Source: a virus | Virus record (IMG/VR): IMGVR_UViG_3300035180_000254 | DNA length: 64,000 bases | Reading direction: 5' to 3' (one strand) | In this document: piece after piece, positions 8,481 through 17,389 of the stretch | Position numbering within the stretch: position 1 is the stretch's first letter | Layout of the letters: the number at the start of each line of letters is the position of its first letter | The notes under the pieces: generated by a model | The model's input: the letters and a program-made list of their open reading frames with translations, nothing else | What the model was told of the DNA's origin: nothing | The model's database searches: none | Translations under genes and position numbers: made by a program

Positions 8481-9677
8481 ATGCCGTTTACCCCTTCTTC
8501 GTCCGCCAGCTCCGCTTTCGGCGGCGACTCTGAAGTCGCAGCTGCCGAAACGTGGCCGATCAGTAAGCTGGCATATGGCGCTAGTGGCTCGGGCACTCGC
8601 GTCACCGCAGCGACCCCCATGCCAATCGGCCCTGGCTCTGCCGCTGCGGCCACCACTGGTGCCATCGTCGCAGCCTCTACAGTCGTCGGCCCCGTCACCA
8701 TGGGCACGATGAACGGCCTGACCGTGACGGTCAGCGGTACGCATGCGGGCGTCAACTTTGGTTTCTGGGGCTCGAACGACAACACGCTGTGGTTCCCCGT
8801 CAACGCTGTTCGTACGGACACAGGAATCTCTGAAACCACTTCGGGTGTACTCACAGCCAATCAGTCCCGCGCATGGGACATCAGCATTGGCGAGTTCTTG
8901 TATTTCCGTGTTGTGGCCACCGCCTGGACGAGCGGCAGCGCTGCTATCGCCATCCAGCCCGGCATGTTCTCATCTGAGTCACAAGTGGCGGCCATTGCGC
9001 ATGCGATCTACAACACGACCCTGCCGACGTTCACTGCAGGCTCGCTGGCTTACCTGCTGTCCGATGTGAATGGGCGCTTGGTGGTGACAGGCCAGGGGGC
9101 TGCGGCTGCTTCGATTGCTGGTGCACCAGTGCGTGTCGGTGGTACTTTCACCACCACACTGCCGACTTACACCACCGGCCAGCAGACTGACCTTCAGGTC
9201 ACTGCGCGCGGTGAAGTTTTGGTGGCGCTGTCCAACGGCGCGACGGCTGTGGCGGTCAAGGCCGCAAGCACCGCTGCCGCAACGACTGACCCGGCACTGA
9301 CCGTTGCCTTGTCGCCCAACAGCCCAGCACCGGCTACCACAAGCGCCAACCAGGCTTGCGCCAACATTAACGTGAACGCGGTGGGAGCAACCGTTACCGC
9401 CGTGAAGGCTAGCGCGGGCAACCTCTTTGGCATGTCCCTGGTGAACAACAATGCCGCAGTCGTCTTCGTGTCGTTCTGGAACGTCGCCGTCGGCTCAGTG
9501 ACGTTGGGCACCACGGTTCCAACTTGCGTCTTCGCCATCCCTGCCAGTGGTGTGCTGAACCTTCCCCCTAGCGCATTGGCGCTGCTCAATAGTGCGACTG
9601 CCATCAGCTTCGCTGCCGTCACTGCTTACAACGGAGCCGCCGGAGGCTCCGTTACCGGGTCGATCTTCTACAAATAA
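8481..9677 (+). CDS. virion structural protein (putative)
   Basis: 398 aa, Ala/Thr/Ser/Gly-rich beta-type composition, inside the tail/fibre gene block. Confidence 0.65.
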   Translation: MPFTPSSSASSAFGGDSEVAAAETWPISKLAYGASGSGTRVTAATPMPIGPGSAAAATTGAIVAASTVVGPVTMGTMNGLTVTVSGTHAGVNFGFWGSNDNTLWFPVNAVRTDTGISETTSGVLTANQSRAWDISIGEFLYFRVVATAWTSGSAAIAIQPGMFSSESQVAAIAHAIYNTTLPTFTAGSLAYLLSDVNGRLVVTGQGAAAASIAGAPVRVGGTFTTTLPTYTTGQQTDLQVTARGEVLVALSNGATAVAVKAASTAAATTDPALTVALSPNSPAPATTSANQACANINVNAVGATVTAVKASAGNLFGMSLVNNNAAVVFVSFWNVAVGSVTLGTTVPTCVFAIPASGVLNLPPSALALLNSATAISFAAVTAYNGAAGGSVTGSIFYK

Positions 9678-9686
9678 GGGGCGACT

Positions 9687-11927
9687 ATGGCCCTCAATGT
9701 CGGCGCGTTCTCCCCGATAGCGGCGTCGAACTACGCAAATACGCAGACCACAGCCGCGATCACCACTGCTGCCAGCGGCAGCACGTTCGTCGTGCCCTAC
9801 AACGGCGCACAGGGGGTCATCGCCAGCATCCTTGACAACAAGGGCAACATCTACGTCCTCAAGGAAACGAGCAACTACAACGGGACGTTCCAGTCCTTGT
9901 ATGCCTATGTTTGCGAAAACGGCGTTGGCGGCGCGGGCCACACGGTCACAATCGCCCTCAATTCCGGCGCTTATGCGGCGTACTCTTTTGGGTTGGTTGA
10001 GATCACCGGCGGCGCGGTATATGACGTGTCGTTCCCGAGTGCTGGCGTTTCCACAACGCCGCCGACAGGCAGCATCACGACAACTGATGCAGATGTGGTT
10101 CTGTCGTTTTGCGGTGGCCCCTCATACACCACCTACACCAGCGTTACGGACAGCTTCGGCAACATCATTGCGTCGCAGTTGGATGGCGCGACCTATGGCA
10201 CGCAATCGGCTGTTGGTGCGCTTGTCCAGTCGAGTGCAGGTTCGATCAGCGACACATTCACATGGAGCGCGTCGATAGGTTACGGCACCATCATCATGGG
10301 CTTCAAGTCCTCCACAGCACTGACTGCTGGGCTTGTTCCATACCCGATTGGCGGAAATGTCGCGGTTGGCATGGCCTTCCCAAGTGCATCTGGCGGCGGC
10401 ACGGCGACACTGACTGGCGTCGGCACCACTTCCGGCGTCGGCACTCCCACAGCCTTCGGCTACGCGGCCACGCCCTTGGCCAGCGCAACTGCAACTAGCG
10501 CCGTCGGCACCATCACTGCATCAGGCACCAGCTCGGTAGCCGGGAACGCAGCGCTGATTGGTGTCCCGGCCACTTCCGCCGCTGGCACGCTGACCGCTAC
10601 GGGAACTGCCGCCACGACCCTCGCAGGCGCTGCGACCACGGCCTCTGCAGGCACGATCACAGCCTCTGCTGGCGCATCAGGAAACGCGACGCTCACCGGT
10701 GTCCCGGCTACCTCTGCGGCTGGCACGCTGGCCGGGGCAGGGCAGGGCACTGTCGCCCTGGTCAGTACCTCGGCCACGTCCGCTGCTGGCACGCTGACGG
10801 CCTCGGGCGCAGCCGCGCTGACCCTGGCCGCAGCCACCGCGACCTCTGCCGCAGGCACTGTCGCGGCCTCGGGCGGTAGCGTCGGCGCAGCGCCGCTTAC
10901 CGGTGTCGCCGCGACCTCTGCCGCAGGCGTCCTGGCCCCTACCGCCTCCAGCGCAGCGACCCTCTCTGGGGCCTCTGCCACGGCCTCCGCAGGGGCGATT
11001 ACAGCCTCCGCAGGGGCTTCGGGCACCGCTACCATCACCGGTGTCGCTACGACCTCCGCAGCGGCCTCTCTGGCCGCTTCCGGGGCCGCTTCCAGGGCAC
11101 TTACGGGCGTCTCTGCCACCGCCACCGCTGGCACCCTGGCAGCTTCGGGTACGGCCTCCGCTACCGTGGCACTCGCCGGGGTCCAGGCCACCGCCGCTGC
11201 TGGCACCCTGACGGCCTCTGGCACGGCCACCGGTACAGCCACTCTCACCGGTGTGACCGCCACGTCCTCTGTCGGCACCGTCACCGCTACGGGGGCTGGC
11301 GCTGGGCAGGCCAACCTGGCTGGCGTCGGCGCGACTGCCTCGGCTGGCGCACTGACCGGCTCCGGCCAAGCCACCAAGGCTCTGACCGGCACCTCTGCCA
11401 CGGCTGCAGCCGGGACCATCACTGCCTCGGCTGTCACTGCCGCGACCCTGACCGGTGTCGCAGCCACTGGCTCTGCCGGGGCGCTCACCGCCAAGGGTGG
11501 CGCCTCGGTGGCGCTAGGCAGCGTGTCTGCCACGGCCCAGGCTGGCAGCGTCACGGCTGGCGCGAGTCGGGCCGTGGCCCTCACCGGTGTAGCGGCCACA
11601 TCGGCTGCGGGCACTGTGTCTGCGGCGTCCATCACCACCGCGCTGCTGGCCAGCGTGCAGGCCAACTCTGCTGCGAGCGCCATCGTCGCGCGCGGCATCG
11701 CCAACGTCCTCATCACGGGTGCGCAAGCCTCGTCCTCCGCTGGAAGCATCCACGCAGTCGCTGGTAGCGACTACGTGCCCGACCCGCGCCTGACGCTGAC
11801 TGTGCAGCCCGACCCTCGCATCCTCACCGTCCTTGCGGACCCCCACGCGCTGGTTGTACCGGCAGAGTCCCGAACCCTTCTCGTCACTGCAAGCGCCCTC
11901 CAGGCGAGCGTGGCACCCAGCTTCTAA
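9687..11927 (+). CDS. tail fibre-like protein with a long tandem-repeat shaft
   Basis: 746 aa. Globular N-terminal ~235 aa, then about 20 degenerate ~22-aa repeats (consensus near LTGVxATSAAGTLTASGxxxxx). Short DPRxLTV-type repeats at the C-terminus. Confidence 0.7.
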   Translation: MALNVGAFSPIAASNYANTQTTAAITTAASGSTFVVPYNGAQGVIASILDNKGNIYVLKETSNYNGTFQSLYAYVCENGVGGAGHTVTIALNSGAYAAYSFGLVEITGGAVYDVSFPSAGVSTTPPTGSITTTDADVVLSFCGGPSYTTYTSVTDSFGNIIASQLDGATYGTQSAVGALVQSSAGSISDTFTWSASIGYGTIIMGFKSSTALTAGLVPYPIGGNVAVGMAFPSASGGGTATLTGVGTTSGVGTPTAFGYAATPLASATATSAVGTITASGTSSVAGNAALIGVPATSAAGTLTATGTAATTLAGAATTASAGTITASAGASGNATLTGVPATSAAGTLAGAGQGTVALVSTSATSAAGTLTASGAAALTLAAATATSAAGTVAASGGSVGAAPLTGVAATSAAGVLAPTASSAATLSGASATASAGAITASAGASGTATITGVATTSAAASLAASGAASRALTGVSATATAGTLAASGTASATVALAGVQATAAAGTLTASGTATGTATLTGVTATSSVGTVTATGAGAGQANLAGVGATASAGALTGSGQATKALTGTSATAAAGTITASAVTAATLTGVAATGSAGALTAKGGASVALGSVSATAQAGSVTAGASRAVALTGVAATSAAGTVSAASITTALLASVQANSAASAIVARGIANVLITGAQASSSAGSIHAVAGSDYVPDPRLTLTVQPDPRILTVLADPHALVVPAESRTLLVTASALQASVAPSF
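10401..11765 (+). repeat. in-frame tandem repeat array (~66-bp period, about 20 copies, degenerate)
   Basis: Recurring ACCGGTGTC..GC.AC.TC.GC.GC.GGCAC.CTGAC.GCCTC.GG units, read directly in the DNA and in the translation. Confidence 0.75.
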
Positions 11928-11946
11928 ATCTCTCAAGGAGTACATC

Positions 11947-12417
11947 ATGGCCGCATGGTCCGACACCGCTGAAAACAAACTGATCGACTGGTTCTTTCGA
12001 GGCCAGGCGCTGGGCCTGACTGGCGCATCCGCTGGCGCTGGCTCCGGCCCCACCACTCTCTACATCGGCTTGCTGACCGCAGCACCCACAGACTCGACCG
12101 CTGGCACCGAGGTGAGCGGCGGCTCGTACGCCCGTGTGGCGGTGACTAGCTCGCTGGCGAACTGGGCTGGCACACAAGCGGCAGGCTCTACATCCGCATC
12201 TACTGGCACATCCGGCACGACCAGCAACAACAACACCATCACCTATAGCCCCTCGCCGACCGTGTCGTGGGGTACTGTCACCGCCGTCGGCATTTATGAC
12301 TCGGCCTCTGGTGGCAGTTTGCTGGTCTACTCGGCGCTGTCCCTGGCAAAGGTCATCAATATCGGCGACTTGGTAACGTTCCCTGCAGGGGCGCTGACCT
12401 TCCAGATCGACAACTAA
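11947..12417 (+). CDS. small fibre-like virion protein
   Basis: AAGGAG RBS before the ATG at 11947; the track start at 11833 overlaps the previous gene. 156 aa with an N-terminal ENKLIDWFFRG motif and a Gly/Ser/Thr-rich middle. Confidence 0.65.
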   Translation: MAAWSDTAENKLIDWFFRGQALGLTGASAGAGSGPTTLYIGLLTAAPTDSTAGTEVSGGSYARVAVTSSLANWAGTQAAGSTSASTGTSGTTSNNNTITYSPSPTVSWGTVTAVGIYDSASGGSLLVYSALSLAKVINIGDLVTFPAGALTFQIDN

Positions 12418-12426
12418 GGTCGAGCC

Positions 12427-15312
12427 ATGGCGGCAGTTACTCTCGCCGCAAATGCAGCGGCGGGTGCTAGCCTAGTTGGGCCAGCGCCCAACTACACGGT
12501 ATTTGATACCCACACGTTCCCGGCAGCGCCCACGCAGTGGACCACACCGGCGTACGGTAATGGCGTGCTCGTCAGCTTGGCGGACTCGTCATCCGTCGCT
12601 GCGGTATCCACTGATCTGGGTGTTACATGGACTACACAGTCCATCGCGCTAGGTGCGGCCTCATACACAAATCCTGCCTTCGGTGCAGGGCTATTTGTTG
12701 GCCTTGTCTACTCGTCGGCCTCATACATCACGTCGCCTGACGGGACCACATGGACGACCAGAACACTCCCGGCGTCCCATCTCTGGGACTCAATCATCTA
12801 CGGAGGCGGGCAGTTCTGCGCACTGTCCGGTGACGGGTATGCTGCGGCTTCGTCGGACGGACTGAGCTGGACCATAACGGCCATGCCTAGCACAGGCACT
12901 TCACCGTACTGGAATAGCGTCGTCTACGGTAATGGGATGTTTGTCGCTTCTGCCTACGGCAGTGCTGCACAGGCGTCGTCTACCAATGCATTCCAGAGCG
13001 GCAGCACTGCGAACTTATTAAACCCACTAGCAGCCGGGTCGACCGCCAGTCCCGCTACTGCGTTTGGTAGAGGCGTGTTCGTCAGTATTAAAGACGACAT
13101 GGTGGCTCTCTCGACCAACGGTCTGCCGACAACGTACTCGACAATAGGTGCCATACCGACTTCAGGGCGTCAGTGGCAATTGTGCTTCGATGGGCGAAAC
13201 TTCATCGCTGTTGAGCCCAACTCCTCAGACATGATTCTTTCGCAGGACGGTCTGACGTGGGTACTGTACTCGCTGCCGATTTCTGGAGCTGATGGGGTAT
13301 TTAGCACCAGTGGTGCCGTGATCATCATCCCGGCTGCGGCTGGGACAACCTCCATCACCATCGGGAACGGGCCGACAGCAAGTTCCGCCGCTGCGTCCGG
13401 GGTGCAACTCGCCGCCAACGCTGTCGCCTCAGCCGCATTCTCCACGACGTTTACGTACAACGTAGTCTCGATGTCGGCAACTGCTCTGGCATCCGCCAGC
13501 ATGCCGGTGTACACCCCCAGCTACACATCACCGGCGACGTTCTCAGCGCCAGCCACGTCCTCATTTTGGAGGGGCGTCGCGTACGGCAACGGACAGTTCG
13601 TCGCAGTACCTTATGCGGCTGCGTCGGTCGACGTGTCTAGCGACAACGGCGCGACATGGACAACCGTCACGCTAAGTTATCTCGGGGGCAACACCCAAGT
13701 CGCGTACGGAAACGGCCTGTTCGTTATATTCTCGTACCTCTCGACCAGCTACCACACATCGCCTGACGGGTTCACCTGGACCACCAGGACATTGCCGGCC
13801 TCGTATAAGTGGGTCGACCTCGCGTTCGGCGGAGGGCTGTTCTGTGCATTGTCAAATGATGGGTACGCCGCGACATCGGCGGATGGTATAAGCTGGGTCT
13901 TCTCGACCATGCCGACCATACCCACAGGCACGGGGCTTCAGGGATGGAACGGCGTCTGCTACGGCAACGGGGTATTCCGGGCCTGGACTTATGGTGGCTC
14001 CGGGATGCAGGCCATCTCTCCGAGCGGGTTTCAGTCGGCGATAACGTACAACACAAACGACCCGTTCAAGCCTGCCGATGGGCCGCCGTCTGCGTACGGG
14101 AATGGGAAGTTTGTCTCCATTAGTGGCCAAGTCGTAGCATCGTCACCCAACGGGCTGCACACGACATCGAGCAGCATAGGTTCTATCGCCCCGGCTGGAA
14201 CAAACTGGACTATCTCGTTTGACGGCGGGAACTTCATCGCGGTGGCGGGCACCACGACGACCATACTCACGTCCGCAGACGGCGTAACCTGGGCCGCGCA
14301 CACAGCGCCGGTGGCCGGAGCTGTGGCATGTAGTGGGAACGGCGTCACGGTCGTGATGCCATCGGACACGGGAACCACGGGATACACCATGCCCGCTGGC
14401 GGCGGGCTGGTTCTTAGCGCCGTCGCACCAATAACTACGGCAACGACCGTAGTTCTCGCGGTAGCGTTCTCTGCTGCTGCGACTGTGCAGGCAGCGCTCG
14501 CTTTCACCAACACGACACTTTCGGCATCTGCAACAGCGATCGCTTCAGCTACGGCAGCACTCAGCACGTCTGGAGTGGTAGCACTTGGGGCTGCAGGGGT
14601 CTCTTCTGCTTCCGCCTCCGCATCAATTATGGTGCAGCGGGTTCTCCTAGCTACTGCGGTGGCTACTGCGGCCACCGGCTGCTCTATCGCCCTATCGGTG
14701 CCGCTCGCCGCCGACGCACACTCGGTTGCATCTGGAAGCCCAGCACTCAGTCTGAGCAAACTGCTCTCGTCCGTCCAGGTTGCCAGCGCAAGCGCCTCCG
14801 CTGGACTGCTGAACTACCCACTGCTGCAAGCCTCTGCCGTAGCGTCAGCGTCTGCGTCGGCCAGCGCCACGATACGGGCCCTGCTAGCCGCCCAGGCCCA
14901 GGCCCAGGCCCAGGCGACTGGCGCTGTCATGCAGGCCGTTCAGCTAGCCGGGACCGGTGCAGCACAAGCCTCCGCGCCTGCTGCGCTGCTGATCACCGTA
15001 CAGATGGGCGCAGCCCCTGCCGCAACCGCTCTGGCATCTTCGGCTGCGTCCATCCAGAAGCTCATGGCAGCATCTCCGGCTGCGGAGGCCTCTGGCTCAG
15101 GCGCGATCCTCCAGACCTACTCGCTGGCCGCTGGTGCGCAGGCGCAGGCGAGCATGGTGCCGAACTTCTCCACCGCTATGACCCTGAGCGCCCAGGCATA
15201 CGCAACAGCGACCATGTCTGCGTCAATCACCAGCGGCTTCGTGTTCAAGTCGAACCGGCTGCGCACGATCATCGTCCCAGCTGAGGCCAGGATGGTCAAA
15301 TCTAACATCTAA
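12427..15312 (+). CDS. receptor-binding/fibre protein with two tandem Asp-box (BNR-like) beta-propeller halves and an Ala-rich C-terminal region
   Basis: 961 aa. Eight S-x-D-x-G-x-[TS]-W boxes (STDLGVTW, SPDGTTW, SSDGLSW, SQDGLTW, SSDNGATW, SPDGFTW, SADGISW, SADGVTW), arranged as two colinear ~300-aa duplicates. The C-terminal ~300 aa is Ala/Ser/Thr/Gln-rich and includes AQAQAQAQ. Confidence 0.7.
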   Translation: MAAVTLAANAAAGASLVGPAPNYTVFDTHTFPAAPTQWTTPAYGNGVLVSLADSSSVAAVSTDLGVTWTTQSIALGAASYTNPAFGAGLFVGLVYSSASYITSPDGTTWTTRTLPASHLWDSIIYGGGQFCALSGDGYAAASSDGLSWTITAMPSTGTSPYWNSVVYGNGMFVASAYGSAAQASSTNAFQSGSTANLLNPLAAGSTASPATAFGRGVFVSIKDDMVALSTNGLPTTYSTIGAIPTSGRQWQLCFDGRNFIAVEPNSSDMILSQDGLTWVLYSLPISGADGVFSTSGAVIIIPAAAGTTSITIGNGPTASSAAASGVQLAANAVASAAFSTTFTYNVVSMSATALASASMPVYTPSYTSPATFSAPATSSFWRGVAYGNGQFVAVPYAAASVDVSSDNGATWTTVTLSYLGGNTQVAYGNGLFVIFSYLSTSYHTSPDGFTWTTRTLPASYKWVDLAFGGGLFCALSNDGYAATSADGISWVFSTMPTIPTGTGLQGWNGVCYGNGVFRAWTYGGSGMQAISPSGFQSAITYNTNDPFKPADGPPSAYGNGKFVSISGQVVASSPNGLHTTSSSIGSIAPAGTNWTISFDGGNFIAVAGTTTTILTSADGVTWAAHTAPVAGAVACSGNGVTVVMPSDTGTTGYTMPAGGGLVLSAVAPITTATTVVLAVAFSAAATVQAALAFTNTTLSASATAIASATAALSTSGVVALGAAGVSSASASASIMVQRVLLATAVATAATGCSIALSVPLAADAHSVASGSPALSLSKLLSSVQVASASASAGLLNYPLLQASAVASASASASATIRALLAAQAQAQAQATGAVMQAVQLAGTGAAQASAPAALLITVQMGAAPAATALASSAASIQKLMAASPAAEASGSGAILQTYSLAAGAQAQASMVPNFSTAMTLSAQAYATATMSASITSGFVFKSNRLRTIIVPAEARMVKSNI

Positions 15313-15328
15313 TATAGAATACCCCACC

Positions 15329-16474
15329 ATGGACATCAAAGCGTTCCGAGGTCTCAACAACGTGACCGACCCTTTGCGGCTCGGTCTGGACTGGCTCGTC
15401 CAAGCAGACAACGTGAACGTGACCAGCACCGGCTCCCTCGTCAGCCGTGAGGGGTACAGCCAGTCTCTGGTGGGCAACTACACCGCCATCTACAGCACCC
15501 AGGACTACCAGCGCTGCTACGTCGTCAAGGCAGGCGTACTGCAGACCTTCGAGGGCGCTCAACTCATAACTCTAATTTCGAACGCACAGATGTTCTGGGC
15601 CGAAGTGAACGGCCAGGTCTTCTTCAACAACGGCACCGACAGCGGTGTGATCCTGCCGGACAACACCGTGCTGCCGTGGGCCTGGGCCACGCCGACGCCG
15701 CCCGCTGTGTCGGCCTCCACCGGCAACCTGCCTGCTGGCGTCTACCAGGTGCGCTGCTCCTTCGTGCTGCCCGACGGGCGCGAGACCGGCACCGGTGACT
15801 CCGCTGAGATTTACCTCGACGGCTCCCAGGCGCTGGTGATCTCCAACATCCCGCAGGCTGGCGGTGTGACGAACGTCTACATCGCACCGGCCAACAGCGA
15901 CGTGTACCAGCTGGCCTACGTCACCGTGGCCAAGAGCCTGACCTTCAACGGCTCCATCGACACCCTCGGGCGCGACCTGCTCAACGCCTTCTTGGACCCG
16001 CTGCCTGCTGGGTCCAGCGTGATCCAGCACTGGAAGGGCTGCATCTACGCCGCGCAGTACATGCCCAATGAGAAGCAGACCGTGGTCTGGTTCACTGAGC
16101 CTCTGGGTTTCCACCTGTTCAACTTGAACAGCAACTTCTTCATCGTGCCTGGCCAAGTCCTGATGCTGGCCCCGCACGACGACGCACTGATCATCGGCAC
16201 CGATGCACGTGTGTTTGCCTACACCGGTGACAAGCTCCAAGAGCTGGCCGACTACGGCGTCATCCCTGGCCAGCACTGGGCCGAGGACGATGACCGCATC
16301 CTGTTCTGGACACTGCGGGGCCTGTGCGCCGCGCTGCCCTTCAAGAATCTTACCGAGCGCCAAGTTTCAGTGGCGCCAGGTCTTAGTGCTGGCGGGGCCA
16401 TTGTGCGCAGTGGCGGGCAAAAACGCTATGTCGTTGCACTCCATGCTGGAGGGTATCCATTCAATGCTAAATAG
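15329..16474 (+). CDS. virion structural protein (putative tail component)
   Basis: 381-aa ORF within the tail gene block. Confidence 0.65.
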   Translation: MDIKAFRGLNNVTDPLRLGLDWLVQADNVNVTSTGSLVSREGYSQSLVGNYTAIYSTQDYQRCYVVKAGVLQTFEGAQLITLISNAQMFWAEVNGQVFFNNGTDSGVILPDNTVLPWAWATPTPPAVSASTGNLPAGVYQVRCSFVLPDGRETGTGDSAEIYLDGSQALVISNIPQAGGVTNVYIAPANSDVYQLAYVTVAKSLTFNGSIDTLGRDLLNAFLDPLPAGSSVIQHWKGCIYAAQYMPNEKQTVVWFTEPLGFHLFNLNSNFFIVPGQVLMLAPHDDALIIGTDARVFAYTGDKLQELADYGVIPGQHWAEDDDRILFWTLRGLCAALPFKNLTERQVSVAPGLSAGGAIVRSGGQKRYVVALHAGGYPFNAK

Positions 16475-16634
16475 CCTATATCGTGCCGGTTGGGTGGAGC
16501 TTGCGCTTCTCAGCTACGTACGCTTGGTGCGCGGAATCTTTGGTTGGGTACGTGCCAATCGAAGATAGCTGACTGAGCGTACACATGAACTTTACCCCAC
16601 TTTTCTTCAATCGTTACTCCTAAAGGAACTCATC

Positions 16635-17384
16635 ATGACTTTGCGTCTCTCTACCGGTACTCGTACCGGCCTGGCTGGCAACGGCGGCTTCGGCGAGCTG
16701 TTCAAGAACGGCTCCATCGGCATCTACTCTGGCACTCAGCCTGCTACCGCTGATGCTGCAGTGACCGGCACCCTGCTGGGCACAGTGACGGCGGCCTCCG
16801 CCGCCCTGACCCAGGAGACCCGCGCCACCGGCAACGTAACCATCACTGGCGCCACCGGCAGCATCACCGCCGTGACCGTCGGTACGTTCAACATCATCCC
16901 GAACGAGACCATCCCCTACAACACCAGCACCACCCAGACCGCCTCAGACCTGGCTGATGCAGTGAACCGCAACGGCTACTACCTGGCCTCAGCCTCTGGC
17001 GCTGTCGTGACCCTGACCCCCAAGGCTGGCACTGGCGCTGTCCACAACGGCTACGTCGTGGCCGCGACTAGCACCTTGACCGTCACCACCGGCAATATCG
17101 CCAGTGGCGTGAACCCTGCCAACGGCCTGGTGTTCACCCCCGCTGCTAGCGGCACGGTGTCGAAGTCCGGCGTGTGGAGCTTCAATGGCGTAGCCGCAGG
17201 CACTGCTGGCTGGTTCCGCCTGATTGGCTCTGCCGCTGATGCTGGCGCTCTGTCGACCACCCTGCCCCGCATGGATGGCTCCATCGCTACCTCCGGCGCA
17301 GACCTGAACCTGTCGAACATCGCCATCGCCATCGGTGCGCCGACCACCATCGACTCCTTCGTCTTCACTGTGCCCGCACAGTAA
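16635..17384 (+). CDS. virion structural protein (fibre-like)
   Basis: 249 aa, Thr/Gly/Ala-rich, with an AAAGGAAC RBS. Confidence 0.65.
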   Translation: MTLRLSTGTRTGLAGNGGFGELFKNGSIGIYSGTQPATADAAVTGTLLGTVTAASAALTQETRATGNVTITGATGSITAVTVGTFNIIPNETIPYNTSTTQTASDLADAVNRNGYYLASASGAVVTLTPKAGTGAVHNGYVVAATSTLTVTTGNIASGVNPANGLVFTPAASGTVSKSGVWSFNGVAAGTAGWFRLIGSAADAGALSTTLPRMDGSIATSGADLNLSNIAIAIGAPTTIDSFVFTVPAQ

Positions 17385-17389
17385 GCCCT

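Noticed and set aside
10401-11765. A possible CRISPR-like or non-coding repeat array, here and at 56032-56265.
   Set aside because: The repeats are degenerate, contiguous (no spacers), in frame and translated as part of long ORFs. No cas genes are present.
9687-15312. A diversity-generating retroelement targeting the fibre genes.
   Set aside because: There is no reverse transcriptase gene and no template/variable repeat pair anywhere in the window.
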